Shown here: positions 33,612 to 45,719 of the stretch, in pieces
How positions within the stretch are numbered: the first letter of the stretch is position 1
Layout of the letters: each line of letters starts with the position of its first letter
Source: Escherichia coli
Lineage (GTDB): Bacteria; Pseudomonadota; Gammaproteobacteria; Enterobacterales; Enterobacteriaceae
Direction: 5' to 3' (one strand)
NCBI RefSeq assembly: GCF_030013595.1
Contig: NZ_CP122768.1
Length of the DNA stretch: 64,000 nucleotides
Program-made: the position numbers and the translations under genes
The notes under the pieces: generated by a model
The model's input: the letters and a program-made list of their open reading frames with translations, nothing else
The model's database searches: none
What the model was told of the DNA's origin: nothing

Positions 33612-34892
33612 ATGAAATTACTTATTCTGGGCAACCACACTTGCGGCAACCGCGGCGACAGCGCCATCCTGCGCGGCTTACTTGATGCCATCAACATCCT
33701 CAATCCACACGCCGAAGTGGATGTGATGAGCCGCTATCCGGTCAGTTCTTCCTGGCTGCTCAACCGCCCGGTAATGGGCGATCCGCTGTTCCTGCAAATG
33801 AAACAACACAACAGCGCGGCGGGCGTTGTCGGGCGCGTTAAAAAAGTCCTCCGTCGCCGCTATCAACACCAGGTACTGCTCTCACGCGTCACCGACACTG
33901 GCAAGCTGCGTAATATCGCCATCGCCCAGGGATTCACCGACTTCGTGCGCCTGCTGTCAGGTTACGACGCCATTATTCAGGTCGGCGGATCGTTTTTTGT
34001 CGATCTCTACGGCGTGCCGCAGTTTGAACATGCGCTTTGCACGTTTATGGCGAAAAAGCCGCTGTTTATGATTGGTCACAGCGTCGGTCCCTTCCAGGAT
34101 GAGCAATTTAACCAACTGGCGAACTACGTTTTCGGTCACTGCGACGCGCTGATCCTGCGCGAATCGGTCAGCCTTGATTTGATGAAACGCAGCAATATCA
34201 CTACCGCAAAAGTGGAACATGGCGTCGATACCGCGTGGCTGGTCGATCACCACACAGAAGACTTCACCGCCAGCTATGCCGTCCAACACTGGCTGGACGT
34301 TGCCGCACAACAGAAAACGGTAGCAATTACCCTGCGCGAACTGGCACCGTTCGACAAACGTCTCGGCACCACTCAACAAGCGTATGAAAAAGCCTTTGCC
34401 GGGGTGGTCAATCGCATTCTCGACGAAGGGTATCAGGTGATTGCGCTTTCCACCTGTACGGGCATCGACAGCTATAACAAAGACGATCGCATGGTGGCGC
34501 TCAATCTACGCCAGCACATCAGCGATCCTGCCCGTTACCACGTAGTGATGGATGAACTTAACGATCTGGAAATGGGCAAAATTCTCGGTGCCTGTGAACT
34601 CACCGTCGGTACGCGCCTGCACTCCGCCATTATCTCAATGAACTTTGCCACCCCGGCGATTGCCATCAACTATGAACATAAATCCGCCGGGATCATGCAG
34701 CAGCTGGGACTACCGGAGATGGCAATTGATATCCGTCATTTATTAGACGGTAGCCTGCAAGCGATGGTTGCGGATACCTTAGGCCAGCTTCCGGCGCTGA
34801 ACACGCGACTTAACGAAGCCGTTAGTCGCGAACGTCAGACGGGAATGCAGATGGTGCAATCTGTGCTTGAACGCATCGGGGAGGTGAAATGA
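33612..34892 (+). CDS. wcaK: Colanic acid pyruvyltransferase
   Basis: ORF-track ORF begins inside the BIME array; trimmed to MKLLILGNHTCGNRGDSAILRGLL (426 aa). Confidence 0.9.
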   Translation: MKLLILGNHTCGNRGDSAILRGLLDAINILNPHAEVDVMSRYPVSSSWLLNRPVMGDPLFLQMKQHNSAAGVVGRVKKVLRRRYQHQVLLSRVTDTGKLRNIAIAQGFTDFVRLLSGYDAIIQVGGSFFVDLYGVPQFEHALCTFMAKKPLFMIGHSVGPFQDEQFNQLANYVFGHCDALILRESVSLDLMKRSNITTAKVEHGVDTAWLVDHHTEDFTASYAVQHWLDVAAQQKTVAITLRELAPFDKRLGTTQQAYEKAFAGVVNRILDEGYQVIALSTCTGIDSYNKDDRMVALNLRQHISDPARYHVVMDELNDLEMGKILGACELTVGTRLHSAIISMNFATPAIAINYEHKSAGIMQQLGLPEMAIDIRHLLDGSLQAMVADTLGQLPALNTRLNEAVSRERQTGMQMVQSVLERIGEVK

Positions 34893-36109
34893 AGGTCGGC
34901 TTCTTTTTACTGAAATTTCCGCTGTCGTCAGAAACCTTCGTTCTTAACCAAATCACTGCGTTTATTGATATGGGCTTTGAGGTGGAGATTGTCGCGTTGC
35001 AAAAAGGCGATACAGAGAACACCCACGCGGCATGGACGAAATACAACCTTGCCGCCAGAACCCGCTGGTTACAGGACGAACCTACGGGCAAAGTGGCGAA
35101 GCTGCGCCACCGCGCCAGCCAGACCTTACGCGGCATTCATCGTAAAAATACCTGGCAGGCGCTCAACCTCAAGCGCTATGGCGCAGAGTCGCGGAACCTG
35201 ATTTTGTCTGCCATTTGCGGTCAGGTTGCAACACCATTTCATGCCGATGTCTTTATCGCTCATTTTGGTCCTGCGGGGGTAACCGCAGCAAAACTACGCG
35301 AACTGGGTGTCATTCGCGGCAAAATTGCCACCATCTTCCACGGTATTGATATCTCCAGTCGGGAAGTGCTCAACCACTACACTCCCGAATATCAACAACT
35401 GTTTCGACGTGGCGACCTGATGTTACCGATAAGCGATCTGTGGGCCGGAAGGCTGCAAAAAATGGGCTGTCCGAGGGAAAAAATCGCCGTATCGCGCATG
35501 GGCGTGGACATGACGCGTTTTAGCCCGCGTCCGGTGAAAGCGCCCGCAACGCCGCTGGAAATCATTTCCGTCGCACGCTTAACCGAGAAAAAAGGTCTGC
35601 ATGTGGCGATTGAAGCCTGCCGTCAGTTGAAAGAGCAGGGCGTGGCATTTCGCTATCGCATTCTCGGCATTGGCCCGTGGGAACGACGCCTGCGCACCCT
35701 CATCGAACAATATCAACTGGAAGATGTGGTAGAGATGCCGGGCTTTAAACCGAGCCATGAAGTGAAAGCGATGCTCGACGACGCGGATGTCTTCCTGTTG
35801 CCATCGGTAACGGGCGCGGATGGTGATATGGAAGGCATTCCAGTGGCGCTAATGGAAGCGATGGCGGTCGGCATTCCAGTAGTTTCTACTCTGCATAGCG
35901 GAATACCGGAACTGGTGGAGGCCGATAAATCCGGCTGGCTGGTGCCTGAGAACGATGCTCGCGCACTGGCACAACGTCTGGCGGCATTTAGCCAACTGGA
36001 CACTGACGAACTGGCTCCGGTTGTCAAACGTGCGCGCGAAAAAGTCGAACACGATTTTAACCAGCAGGTGATCAATCGAGAACTCGCCAGCTTGCTGCAG
36101 GCTTTATAG
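34889..36109 (+). CDS. wcaL: Colanic acid glycosyltransferase (GT4)
   Basis: 406 aa; start overlaps wcaK stop (ATGA). Confidence 0.9.
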   Translation: MKVGFFLLKFPLSSETFVLNQITAFIDMGFEVEIVALQKGDTENTHAAWTKYNLAARTRWLQDEPTGKVAKLRHRASQTLRGIHRKNTWQALNLKRYGAESRNLILSAICGQVATPFHADVFIAHFGPAGVTAAKLRELGVIRGKIATIFHGIDISSREVLNHYTPEYQQLFRRGDLMLPISDLWAGRLQKMGCPREKIAVSRMGVDMTRFSPRPVKAPATPLEIISVARLTEKKGLHVAIEACRQLKEQGVAFRYRILGIGPWERRLRTLIEQYQLEDVVEMPGFKPSHEVKAMLDDADVFLLPSVTGADGDMEGIPVALMEAMAVGIPVVSTLHSGIPELVEADKSGWLVPENDARALAQRLAAFSQLDTDELAPVVKRAREKVEHDFNQQVINRELASLLQAL

Positions 36110-36119
36110 AGGAGAACGC

Positions 36120-37514
36120 ATGCCATTTAAAAAACTCTCCCGACGCACGTTCCTGACGGCAAGCTCGGCGCTTGCCTTCCTCCATACCCCTTTCGCTCGC
36201 GCACTTCCCGACCAACAGAGCGTTAACATTAACGACTACAACCCACACGACTGGATCGCCTCATTTAAACAAGCCTTCAGCGAAGGGCAAACGGTCGTCG
36301 TGCCTGCCGGATTCGTTTGTGACAATATCAACACCGGCATCTTCATTCCTCCTGGCAAAACGTTACACATCCTCGGAAGCCTGCGAGGCAACGGCAGAGG
36401 GCGATTTGTCTTACAGGACGGCAGCCAGGTGACAGGGGAGAAGGGCGGCAGTATGCATAACATCACCCTGGATGTGCGTGGTTCTGACTGCACCATCAAA
36501 GGGCTGACGATGAGCGGCTTTGGCCCGGTGACGCAGATCTATATCGGCGGCAAAAACAAACGGGTCATGCGTAACCTGACCATCGATAACCTGACCGTTA
36601 GCCACGCTAATTACGCCATCTTACGCCAGGGATTTCATAACCAGATAATCGGTGCCAACATCACCAATTGTAAGTTCAGCGACTTACAGGGCGATGCCAT
36701 TGAATGGAACGTGGCGATTAACGACCGCGATATTTTGATATCCGACCACATCATCGAGCGCATCAACTGTACCAACGGCAAAATCAACTGGGGCATCGGC
36801 ATAGGCCTTGCGGGAAGCACTTACGATAATAATTACCCAGAAGATCAGGCAGTGAAAAACTTTGTCGTAGCGAATATCACGGGATCGGATTGTCGGCAGT
36901 TGATCCATGTTGAAAATGGTAAACATTTTGTTATTCGTAATATCAAAGCCCGCAATATCACGCCGGATTTCAGTAAGAAAGCAGGCATTGATAACGCGAC
37001 AGTTGCTATTTACGGTTGTGACAATTTCGTGATTGATAATATTGAAATGATTAATAGCGCCGGGATGTTAATCGGCTATGGGGTAATTAAAGGCAAATAT
37101 CTCTCGATACCGCAAAATTTCCGAGTGAATAATATTCAACTGGATAACACCCATCTTGCTTATAAATTGCGCGGCATCCAAATCTCCGCCGGGAATGCTG
37201 TCTCCTTTGTGGCGCTGACTAACATTGAGATGAAGCGTGCCTCGCTGGAGCTTCACAATAAACCGCAACATCTTTTTATGCGTAATATCAAAGTGATGCA
37301 GGAATCCTCAGTTGGACCAGCATTGAGCATGAACTTCGACATGCGCAAAGACGTACGCGGTGTCTTTATGGCGAAAAAAGAAACACTGCTGTCACTTGCA
37401 AATGTTCATGCGATGAATGAAAGAGGGCAAAGCTCCGTCGACATCGACAGGATTAATCACCATATTGTTAATGTGGAAAAGATTAACTTTAGATTGCCGG
37501 AACGGAGAGAGTAG
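36120..37514 (+). CDS. wcaM: Colanic acid biosynthesis protein, Tat-signal, beta-helix-like
   Basis: 464 aa; twin-arginine-like signal [15 protein letters not shown]. Confidence 0.9.
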   Translation: MPFKKLSRRTFLTASSALAFLHTPFARALPDQQSVNINDYNPHDWIASFKQAFSEGQTVVVPAGFVCDNINTGIFIPPGKTLHILGSLRGNGRGRFVLQDGSQVTGEKGGSMHNITLDVRGSDCTIKGLTMSGFGPVTQIYIGGKNKRVMRNLTIDNLTVSHANYAILRQGFHNQIIGANITNCKFSDLQGDAIEWNVAINDRDILISDHIIERINCTNGKINWGIGIGLAGSTYDNNYPEDQAVKNFVVANITGSDCRQLIHVENGKHFVIRNIKARNITPDFSKKAGIDNATVAIYGCDNFVIDNIEMINSAGMLIGYGVIKGKYLSIPQNFRVNNIQLDNTHLAYKLRGIQISAGNAVSFVALTNIEMKRASLELHNKPQHLFMRNIKVMQESSVGPALSMNFDMRKDVRGVFMAKKETLLSLANVHAMNERGQSSVDIDRINHHIVNVEKINFRLPERRE

Positions 37515-37671
37515 ATTTGCGACCATTCATAAACTTACTGGATATAATGTTCTAAAAGATTATAATCCTCACACTAACTGTTAAAGCTGGGGCTGGGCAG
37601 CATTGACTACTCAGGGAAGGTACTCATCTTTATCTTGTGTTTCTTACGTAACAACCAGACTAAAGTGATTT

Positions 37672-38667
37672 ATGAACGATAACGTTTTGCTCATAGGAGC
37701 TTCCGGATTCGTAGGAACCCGACTACTTGAAACGGCAATTGCTGACTTTAATATCAAGAACCTGGACAAACAGCAGAGCCACTTTTATCCAGAAATCACA
37801 CAGATTGGTGATGTTCGTGATCAACAGGCACTCGACCAGGCGTTAGCCGGTTTTGACACTGTTGTGCTACTGGCAGCGGAACACCGCGATGACGTCAGCC
37901 CTACTTCTCTCTATTATGATGTCAACGTTCAGGGTACCCGCAATGTGCTGGCGGCCATGGAAAAAAATGGCGTTAAAAATATCATCTTTACCAGTTCCGT
38001 TGCTGTTTATGGTTTGAACAAACACAACCCTGACGAAAACCATCCACACGACCCTTTCAACCACTACGGCAAAAGTAAGTGGCAGGCAGAGGAAGTGCTG
38101 CGTGAATGGTATAACAAAGCACCAACAGAACGTTCATTAACCATCATCCGTCCTACCGTTATCTTCGGTGAACGGAACCGCGGTAACGTCTATAACTTGC
38201 TGAAACAGATCGCTGGCGGCAAGTTTATGATGGTGGGCGCAGGGACTAACTATAAGTCCATGGCTTATGTTGGAAACATTGTTGAGTTTATCAAGTACAA
38301 ACTGAAGAATGTTGCCGCAGGTTATGAGGTTTATAACTACGTTGATAAGCCAGACCTGAACATGAACCAGTTGGTTGCTGAAGTTGAACAAAGCCTGAAC
38401 AAAAAGATCCCTTCTATGCACTTGCCTTACCCACTAGGAATGCTGGGGGGCTATTGTTTTGATATCCTGAGCAAAATTACGGGCAAAAAATACGCTGTCA
38501 GCTCAGTGCGCGTGAAAAAATTCTGCGCAACAACACAGTTTGACGCAACGAAAGTGCATTCTTCAGGTTTTGTGGCACCGTATACGCTGTCGCAAGGTCT
38601 GGATCGAACTCTGCAGTATGAATTCGTTCATGCCAAAAAAGACGACATAACGTTTGTTTCTGAGTAA
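37672..38667 (+). CDS. gnu: NAD-dependent 4-epimerase of the Gne/Gnu family (GlcNAc-PP-Und to GalNAc-PP-Und)
   Basis: 331 aa; MNDNVLLIGASGFVGTRLLETA Rossmann start, YxxxK (YGKSK) catalytic motif; location between wcaM and galF as in several non-K-12 E. coli serogroups; composition more AT-rich than flanking genes. Confidence 0.75.
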   Translation: MNDNVLLIGASGFVGTRLLETAIADFNIKNLDKQQSHFYPEITQIGDVRDQQALDQALAGFDTVVLLAAEHRDDVSPTSLYYDVNVQGTRNVLAAMEKNGVKNIIFTSSVAVYGLNKHNPDENHPHDPFNHYGKSKWQAEEVLREWYNKAPTERSLTIIRPTVIFGERNRGNVYNLLKQIAGGKFMMVGAGTNYKSMAYVGNIVEFIKYKLKNVAAGYEVYNYVDKPDLNMNQLVAEVEQSLNKKIPSMHLPYPLGMLGGYCFDILSKITGKKYAVSSVRVKKFCATTQFDATKVHSSGFVAPYTLSQGLDRTLQYEFVHAKKDDITFVSE

Positions 38668-38909
38668 TGCAGACGAGTCAGAGAAAAAAGGACCAGGTTG
38701 GACTACGATTATTCGGAAAGAGGTACTGATTAAATTATCAGTATGCGGAATTCCGAGTAATCCGAGTAACCCAGATGCTGATGGTGTGTAGTGTTATCCT
38801 AAGGTTTAAGCAAAGTTATGCGGAACTAAGCTTTGGTATATAGCCATAACGTTTGGCTAACCTATGGCAATAATTTACGCACTATCAGCCACTTAGAGGT
38901 AGGAAAAGA

Positions 38910-39803
38910 ATGACGAATTTAAAAGCAGTTATACCGGTAGCAGGTCTTGGGATGCATATGTTGCCTGCCACTAAGGCGATTCCCAAAGAGATGCTACCGA
39001 TCGTCGACAAGCCAATGATTCAGTACATTGTTGACGAGATTGTGGCTGCAGGGATCAAAGAAATCCTCCTGGTAACTCATGCGTCCAAGAACGCGGTCGA
39101 AAACCACTTCGACACCTCTTATGAATTAGAATCTCTCCTTGAACAGCGCGTGAAGCGTCAACTACTGGCGGAAGTACAATCTATCTGTCCGCCGGGCGTG
39201 ACCATTATGAACGTGCGTCAGGGTGAACCTTTAGGTTTAGGCCACTCCATTTTATGTGCGCGACCTGCCATTGGTGACAATCCATTTGTCGTGGTGCTGC
39301 CAGACGTTGTGATCGACGACGCCAGCGCCGACCCGCTACGCTACAACCTTGCTGCCATGATTGCGCGCTTCAATGAAACGGGCCGTAGCCAGGTGCTGGC
39401 AAAACGTATGCCGGGTGACCTCTCTGAATACTCCGTCATCCAGACCAAAGAACCGCTGGACCGTGAAGGCAAAGTCAGCCGCATTGTTGAATTTATCGAA
39501 AAACCGGATCAGCCGCAAACGCTGGACTCAGACATCATGGCCGTAGGTCGTTATGTGCTTTCTGCCGATATTTGGCCGGAACTTGAACGCACTCAACCTG
39601 GTGCATGGGGGCGTATTCAGCTGACTGATGCTATTGCCGAACTGGCGAAAAAACAGTCCGTTGATGCCATGCTGATGACTGGTGACAGCTACGACTGTGG
39701 TAAAAAAATGGGCTATATGCAGGCATTCGTGAAGTATGGATTACGCAACCTGAAAGAAGGGGCGAAGTTCCGTAAAGGGATTGAGAAGCTGTTAAGCGAA
39801 TAA
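38910..39803 (+). CDS. galF: UTP-glucose-1-phosphate uridylyltransferase paralogue
   Basis: 297 aa; [43 protein letters not shown]. Confidence 0.95.
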   Translation: MTNLKAVIPVAGLGMHMLPATKAIPKEMLPIVDKPMIQYIVDEIVAAGIKEILLVTHASKNAVENHFDTSYELESLLEQRVKRQLLAEVQSICPPGVTIMNVRQGEPLGLGHSILCARPAIGDNPFVVVLPDVVIDDASADPLRYNLAAMIARFNETGRSQVLAKRMPGDLSEYSVIQTKEPLDREGKVSRIVEFIEKPDQPQTLDSDIMAVGRYVLSADIWPELERTQPGAWGRIQLTDAIAELAKKQSVDAMLMTGDSYDCGKKMGYMQAFVKYGLRNLKEGAKFRKGIEKLLSE

Positions 39804-40061
39804 TGAAAATCTGACCGGATGTAACGGTTAATAAGAAAATTATAACGGCAGTGAGGATTCGTGGCGAAAGTAATTTGTTGCGAATATTCCTGCCGTTGTT
39901 TTATATAAACAATCAGAATAACAACGAGTTAGCAATAGGATTTTAGTCAAAGTTTTCCAGGATTTTCCTTGTTTCCAGAGCGGATTGGTAAGACAATTAG
40001 CTTTTGAATTTTTCGGGTTTAGCGCGAGTGGGTAACGCTCGTCACATCGTAGGCATGCATG

Positions 40062-40100
40062 CAGTGCTCTGGTAGCTGTAAAGCCAGGGGCGGTAGCGTG
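40062..40100 (+). promoter_or_regulatory. JUMPStart element with ops site upstream of the O-antigen operon
   Basis: cagtgctctggtagctgtaaagccaggggcggtagcgtg; contains GGCGGTAGCGTG; 76 bp upstream of rfbB start. Confidence 0.88.
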
Positions 40101-40175
40101 CATTAATACTTCTATTAATCAAACTGAGAGCCGCTTATTTCACAGCATGCTCTGAAGCAATATGGAATAAATTAG

Positions 40176-41261
40176 GTGAAAATACTTGTTACTGGTGGCG
40201 CAGGATTTATTGGTTCTGCTGTAGTTCGTCACATTATAAATAATACGCAGGATAGTGTTGTTAATGTCGATAAATTAACGTACGCCGGAAACCTGGAATC
40301 ACTTGCTGATGTTTCTGATTCTGAACGCTATGTTTTTGAACATGCGGATATTTGCGATGCAGCTGCAATGGCACGGATTTTTGCTCAGCATCAGCCAGAT
40401 GCAGTGATGCACCTGGCTGCTGAAAGCCATGTTGACCGTTCAATTACAGGTCCTGCGGCATTTATTGAAACCAATATTGTTGGTACATATGTCCTTTTGG
40501 AAGCCGCTCGCAATTATTGGTCTGCTCTTGATAGCGACAAGAAAACTAGCTTCCGTTTTCATCATATTTCTACTGACGAAGTCTATGGTGATTTGCCTCA
40601 TCCTGACGAGGTAAATAATACAGAAGAATTACCCTTATTTACAGAGACAACAGCTTACGCGCCAAGCAGCCCTTATTCCGCTTCAAAAGCATCCAGCGAT
40701 CATTTAGTCCGCGCGTGGAAACGTACCTATGGTTTACCAACCATTGTGACTAATTGCTCTAACAATTATGGTCCTTATCATTTCCCGGAAAAATTGATTC
40801 CATTGGTTATTCTCAATGCTCTGGAAGGTAAGGCATTACCTATTTATGGCAAAGGGGATCAAATTCGTGACTGGCTGTATGTTGAAGATCATGCGCGTGC
40901 GTTATATACCGTCGTAACCGAAGGTAAAGCGGGTGAAACTTATAACATTGGTGGACACAACGAAAAGAAAAACATCGATGTAGTGCTCACTATTTGTGAT
41001 TTGCTGGATGAGATTGTACCGAAAGAGAAATCTTACCGCGAGCAAATTACTTATGTTGCCGATCGCCCGGGACACGATCGCCGTTATGCGATTGATGCAG
41101 AGAAGATTAGCCGCGAATTGGGCTGGAAACCGCAGGAAACGTTTGAGAGCGGGATTCGGAAGACAGTGGAATGGTACCTGTCCAATACAAAATGGGTTGA
41201 TAATGTGAAAAGTGGTGCCTATCAATCGTGGATTGAACAGAACTATGAGGGCCGCCAGTAA
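40176..41261 (+). CDS. rfbB: dTDP-glucose 4,6-dehydratase
   Basis: 361 aa, GTG start; [31 protein letters not shown] catalytic motif. Confidence 0.95.
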   Translation: MKILVTGGAGFIGSAVVRHIINNTQDSVVNVDKLTYAGNLESLADVSDSERYVFEHADICDAAAMARIFAQHQPDAVMHLAAESHVDRSITGPAAFIETNIVGTYVLLEAARNYWSALDSDKKTSFRFHHISTDEVYGDLPHPDEVNNTEELPLFTETTAYAPSSPYSASKASSDHLVRAWKRTYGLPTIVTNCSNNYGPYHFPEKLIPLVILNALEGKALPIYGKGDQIRDWLYVEDHARALYTVVTEGKAGETYNIGGHNEKKNIDVVLTICDLLDEIVPKEKSYREQITYVADRPGHDRRYAIDAEKISRELGWKPQETFESGIRKTVEWYLSNTKWVDNVKSGAYQSWIEQNYEGRQ

Positions 41262-42163
41262 TGAATATCCTCCTTTTCGGCAAAACAGGGCAGGTAGGTT
41301 GGGAACTACAGCGTGCTTTGGCACCTTTAGGTAATTTGATTGCTCTTGATGTTCACTCCACTGATTATTGTGGTGATTTTAGTAATCCTGAAGGTGTAGC
41401 TGAAACAGTCAAAAGAATTCGACCTGATGTTATTGTTAATGCTGCGGCTCACACCGCAGTAGATAAGGCTGAGTCAGAACCCGAATTTGCACAATTACTC
41501 AATGCGACTAGTGTTGAATCAATTGCAAAAGCGGCTAATGAAGTTGGGGCTTGGGTAATTCATTACTCAACTGACTACGTATTCCCTGGAAATGGCGACA
41601 CGCCATGGCTGGAGACGGATGCAACCGCACCGCTAAATGTTTACGGTGAAACCAAGTTAGCCGGAGAAAAAGCGTTACAGGAACATTGCGCGAAGCATCT
41701 TATTTTCCGTACCAGCTGGGTATACGCAGGTAAAGGAAATAACTTCGCCAAAACGATGTTGCGTCTGGCAAAAGAGCGCGAAGAACTGGCTGTGATAAAT
41801 GATCAATTTGGTGCGCCAACAGGTGCTGAGCTGCTGGCTGATTGTACGGCACATGCTATTCGTGTGGCACTGAATAAACCGGAAGTCGCAGGTTTGTACC
41901 ATCTGGTAGCCAGTGGTACCACAACCTGGCACGATTATGCTGCGCTGGTTTTTGAAGAGGCGCGCAAAGCAGGTATTCCCCTTGCACTCAACAAGCTCAA
42001 CGCAGTACCAACAACAGCCTATCCTACACCAGCTCGTCGTCCACATAACTCTCGCCTTAATACAGAAAAATTTCAGCAGAACTTTGCGCTTGTCTTGCCT
42101 GACTGGCAGGTTGGTGTGAAACGAATGCTCAACGAATTAATTACGACTACAGCAATTAAATAG
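41261..42163 (+). CDS. rfbD: dTDP-4-dehydrorhamnose reductase
   Basis: 300 aa; [20 protein letters not shown]. Confidence 0.95.
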   Translation: MNILLFGKTGQVGWELQRALAPLGNLIALDVHSTDYCGDFSNPEGVAETVKRIRPDVIVNAAAHTAVDKAESEPEFAQLLNATSVESIAKAANEVGAWVIHYSTDYVFPGNGDTPWLETDATAPLNVYGETKLAGEKALQEHCAKHLIFRTSWVYAGKGNNFAKTMLRLAKEREELAVINDQFGAPTGAELLADCTAHAIRVALNKPEVAGLYHLVASGTTTWHDYAALVFEEARKAGIPLALNKLNAVPTTAYPTPARRPHNSRLNTEKFQQNFALVLPDWQVGVKRMLNELITTTAIK

Positions 42164-42217
42164 TTTTTGCATCTTGTTCGTGATGGTGGAGCAAGATGAA
42201 TTAAAAGGAATGATGAA

Positions 42218-43096
42218 ATGAAAACGCGTAAAGGTATTATTTTAGCGGGTGGTTCTGGTACACGTCTTTATCCTGTGACTATGGCTGTCAGTAAACAGCT
42301 ATTACCTATTTATGATAAGCCGATGATCTATTACCCGCTCTCTACACTGATGTTGGCGGGTATTCGCGATATTCTGATTATTAGTACGCCACAGGATACT
42401 CCTCGTTTTCAACAACTGCTGGGTGACGGTAGCCAGTGGGGGCTAAATCTTCAGTACAAAGTGCAACCGACTCCAGATGGGCTTGCGCAGGCGTTTATTA
42501 TCGGTGAAGAGTTTATCGGTGGTGATGATTGTGCTTTGGTTCTTGGTGATAATATCTTCTACGGTCATGATCTGCCGAAGTTAATGGATGTCGCTGTTAA
42601 CAAAGAAAGTGGTGCAACGGTATTTGCCTATCACGTTAATGATCCTGAACGCTACGGTGTCGTTGAGTTTGATAAAAACGGTACGGCGATCAGCCTGGAA
42701 GAAAAACCGCTACAACCAAAAAGTAATTATGCGGTAACCGGGCTTTATTTCTATGATAACGACGTTGTCGAAATGGCGAAAAACCTTAAGCCTTCTGCCC
42801 GTGGTGAACTGGAAATTACCGATATTAACCGTATTTATATGGAACAGGGGCGTTTATCCGTTGCCATGATGGGGCGTGGTTATGCATGGCTGGATACGGG
42901 GACACATCAGAGTCTTATTGAAGCAAGCAACTTCATTGCCACCATTGAAGAGCGCCAGGGACTAAAGGTTTCCTGCCCAGAAGAAATTGCTTACCGTAAA
43001 GGGTTTATTGATGCTGAACAGGTGAAAGCATTAGCGGAGCCGCTGAAAAAAAATGCTTATGGACAGTATCTGCTGAAAATGATTAAAGGTTATTAA
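42218..43096 (+). CDS. rfbA: Glucose-1-phosphate thymidylyltransferase
   Basis: 292 aa; [17 protein letters not shown]. Confidence 0.95.
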   Translation: MKTRKGIILAGGSGTRLYPVTMAVSKQLLPIYDKPMIYYPLSTLMLAGIRDILIISTPQDTPRFQQLLGDGSQWGLNLQYKVQPTPDGLAQAFIIGEEFIGGDDCALVLGDNIFYGHDLPKLMDVAVNKESGATVFAYHVNDPERYGVVEFDKNGTAISLEEKPLQPKSNYAVTGLYFYDNDVVEMAKNLKPSARGELEITDINRIYMEQGRLSVAMMGRGYAWLDTGTHQSLIEASNFIATIEERQGLKVSCPEEIAYRKGFIDAEQVKALAEPLKKNAYGQYLLKMIKGY

Positions 43097-43100
43097 TAAA

Positions 43101-43658
43101 ATGAACGTAATTAAAACAGAAATTCCTGATGTGTTAATTTTCGAGCCGAAAGGTTTTGGTGATGAGCGTGGTTTCTTTATGGAAAGCTTTAATCAGAAAG
43201 TTTTCGAAGAAGCTGTAGGACGTAAGGTTGAATTTGTTCAGGATAACCATTCGAAGTCTAGTAAAGGTGTTTTACGCGGGCTGCATTATCAGTTAGAACC
43301 TTATGCGCAAGGGAAATTGGTACGTTGCGTTGTTGGTGAGGTTTTTGATGTAGCTGTTGATATTCGTAAATCGTCGCCTACCTTTGGTAAATGGGTTGGG
43401 GTGAATTTATCTGCTGAGAATAAGCGGCAATTGTGGATCCCTGAGGGATTTGCACATGGTTTTTTGGTGCTGAGCGAGACTGCGGAATTTTTATATAAAA
43501 CGACGAACTATTATCATCCTGATAGTGATAGAGGGATTGTATGGAATGATCCTATTCTGAGCATAAAATGGCCGACGATAGAACATAATAATTATATTTT
43601 ATCGATTAAAGATGCAAGGGCTAAAGAATTGCATAACATGAAGGAATTATTTTTGTGA
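43101..43658 (+). CDS. rfbC: dTDP-4-dehydrorhamnose 3,5-epimerase
   Basis: 185 aa; cupin-fold sequence VLRGLHYQLEPYAQGKLVRCVVGEVFDVAVDIR. Confidence 0.95.
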   Translation: MNVIKTEIPDVLIFEPKGFGDERGFFMESFNQKVFEEAVGRKVEFVQDNHSKSSKGVLRGLHYQLEPYAQGKLVRCVVGEVFDVAVDIRKSSPTFGKWVGVNLSAENKRQLWIPEGFAHGFLVLSETAEFLYKTTNYYHPDSDRGIVWNDPILSIKWPTIEHNNYILSIKDARAKELHNMKELFL

Positions 43659-44887
43659 GTATTGTAAAGAATACTTTATGGAATATAAGTGGGTATATTA
43701 TACCATCATTAATAGCAATTCCTGCGTTAGGTATACTGTCTAGAATTCTAGGGGCCGAGCAATTTGGCCTTTTTACGTTAGCTATTGCCTTAGTTGGATA
43801 TGCAAGTATTTTTGATGCTGGATTGACCAGAGCTGTTATAAGAGAAGTATCAATATATAAAAATGTTCATAAAGAATTAAGATCGATCATTTCAACTTCA
43901 ACGGTAATTCTAACTATATTGGGCTTGATTGGCGGTAGTGTATTATTTTTGAGTAGCAATGTAATTGTTAAATTATTAAACATTAACGCGAATCATGTTG
44001 TAGAATCTGTCAAAGCAATATATATTATTTCAGCTACCATACCCTTATACTTGTTAAACCAAGTCTGGTTGGGGATTTTTGAGGGGATGGAAAAGTTCAG
44101 AAAAGTAAATTTAATAAAATCAATTAACAATTCTTTTGTGGCTGGATTACCAGTGATTTTCTGTTTTTTTCATGGAGGATTACTAAGTGCCATATATGGT
44201 TTAGTTATGGCAAGAGTCTTATCACTTATAGTGACCTTTATATTTAGTCGAAAACTAATAATATCATCTGGGCTGTCTGTAAAAATTGTAACAGTTAAAA
44301 GATTAATCGGCTTTGGAAGCTGGATAACAGTTAGCAATATTATTAGCCCTATTATGACATATATGGATCGTTTTATTCTTTCACACATTGTGGGGGCTGA
44401 TAAAGTTTCTTTTTATACTGCTCCGTCTGAAGGTATACAACGCTTAACGATATTACCAAGTGCGTTGTCCAGAGCTATTTTTCCAAGATTAAGTTCAGAA
44501 TTGCAATCGGTAAAGCAAACTAAAATATTATCATATTTTATAATGGTTATTGGTATACTTCCAATTGTAATTTTGATAATTATTTTATCAGATTTTATAA
44601 TGTCCGCTTGGATGGGACCTACATATCATGGGACGCCAGGTATAGTATTAAAAATTCTTGCAATAGGTTTCTTTTTTAATTGCATTGCACAAATCCCATT
44701 TGTTTCAGTTCAGGCTAGTGGAAGATCAAAAATTACAGCTATTATTCATTTGCTCGAAGTTATCCCATATTTATGCATATTATATATTTTTATTTATCAT
44801 TGGGGAATTGTTGGAGCCGCAATAGCATGGTCTGTAAGAACATCGTTAGATTTTTTGATATTATTATTAATTGATAAGAAATATTAA
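43655..44887 (+). CDS. wzx: O-antigen flippase (Wzx family polytopic membrane protein)
   Basis: 410 aa, GTG start overlapping rfbC stop; strongly hydrophobic, many predicted TM helices; visibly AT-rich codon usage. Confidence 0.8.
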   Translation: MSIVKNTLWNISGYIIPSLIAIPALGILSRILGAEQFGLFTLAIALVGYASIFDAGLTRAVIREVSIYKNVHKELRSIISTSTVILTILGLIGGSVLFLSSNVIVKLLNINANHVVESVKAIYIISATIPLYLLNQVWLGIFEGMEKFRKVNLIKSINNSFVAGLPVIFCFFHGGLLSAIYGLVMARVLSLIVTFIFSRKLIISSGLSVKIVTVKRLIGFGSWITVSNIISPIMTYMDRFILSHIVGADKVSFYTAPSEGIQRLTILPSALSRAIFPRLSSELQSVKQTKILSYFIMVIGILPIVILIIILSDFIMSAWMGPTYHGTPGIVLKILAIGFFFNCIAQIPFVSVQASGRSKITAIIHLLEVIPYLCILYIFIYHWGIVGAAIAWSVRTSLDFLILLLIDKKY

Positions 44888-44942
44888 TAGCGAATTGATT
44901 TTAGGGATTACTTCCTCAAGCCCATCTAATTAGAGTGCAAAC

Positions 44943-45719
44943 ATGACTTCTGATTTTTATAACTCAAAAGACAAAAGTTTAAGTGTTCTTTTGTTTTTTG
45001 GGTTTATATTTTTCCTTACACGTAGCTTTCCATTTATTCAATATAGTTGGATTATGGGGGGGTTTTTATGTCTTTGTATCATGTCATTTACAAAGAAAAT
45101 TGCAAACGGAATATATCACTATCCTGTTATTTTAATATTTCTATTAGCTCTTTTTATAAATTTTATTTATTCCTATATCAAGGGTAACGATATAGCGATA
45201 ATAATTAGGTTTTATATTATCATATTATTTATATTATGTGCTTATTTTTGCTCTTATGGAACCATCTCGATTGTTAAAATATTTTTATATTTAATGGTAT
45301 TACAGGCGGTTATTATATCCATCATTAGTATTTATATGACAAAAACATATGGTATTGGTGATTATTCAGCACTAAGACATTATTTTTTGGAGAATGATTA
45401 TGGTGATGTTTATACATATGGAAGTGGTTTCTATAGAGTTCAAATTAAAGGAAATGCTCTCATTCCATTTGCCTTTATGTTGCATATAGTCATAAAAGAT
45501 TATTTCTATTATCGATTCAAAAATACAATAACCGTTATTCTGGCTATAGGTACTATAGTGGCTGGTAATTTTGCATATTTTGTTTCGATATGCTTGTTTT
45601 TTATGTATATTATACTATGTTCTAAATCTAACTCACGATACGCTAAATTAAGGAAAATTATTTTTGGGGTTTTTCTTACTGTGATTCTCCCTTTTTTATT
45701 ACATATTCAATTGAGTTGA
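44943..45719 (+). CDS. wzy: Wzy-like O-antigen polymerase, N-terminal portion (258 aa); likely the first part of a frameshifted gene
   Basis: Very hydrophobic, multiple TM helices with one larger loop (YGIGDYSALRHYFLENDYGDVYTYGSGFYRVQIKGN); too short for a complete Wzy. Confidence 0.5.
   Translation: MTSDFYNSKDKSLSVLLFFGFIFFLTRSFPFIQYSWIMGGFLCLCIMSFTKKIANGIYHYPVILIFLLALFINFIYSYIKGNDIAIIIRFYIIILFILCAYFCSYGTISIVKIFLYLMVLQAVIISIISIYMTKTYGIGDYSALRHYFLENDYGDVYTYGSGFYRVQIKGNALIPFAFMLHIVIKDYFYYRFKNTITVILAIGTIVAGNFAYFVSICLFFMYIILCSKSNSRYAKLRKIIFGVFLTVILPFLLHIQLS

Noticed and set aside
33048-33615. Three overlapping ORFs (81-113 aa, both strands) between wzxC and wcaK
   Set aside because: Repeat-derived translations of the BIME array (recurring GTECRMRRERLIRPT / RTVGRIRRSRRIRH); artefacts.
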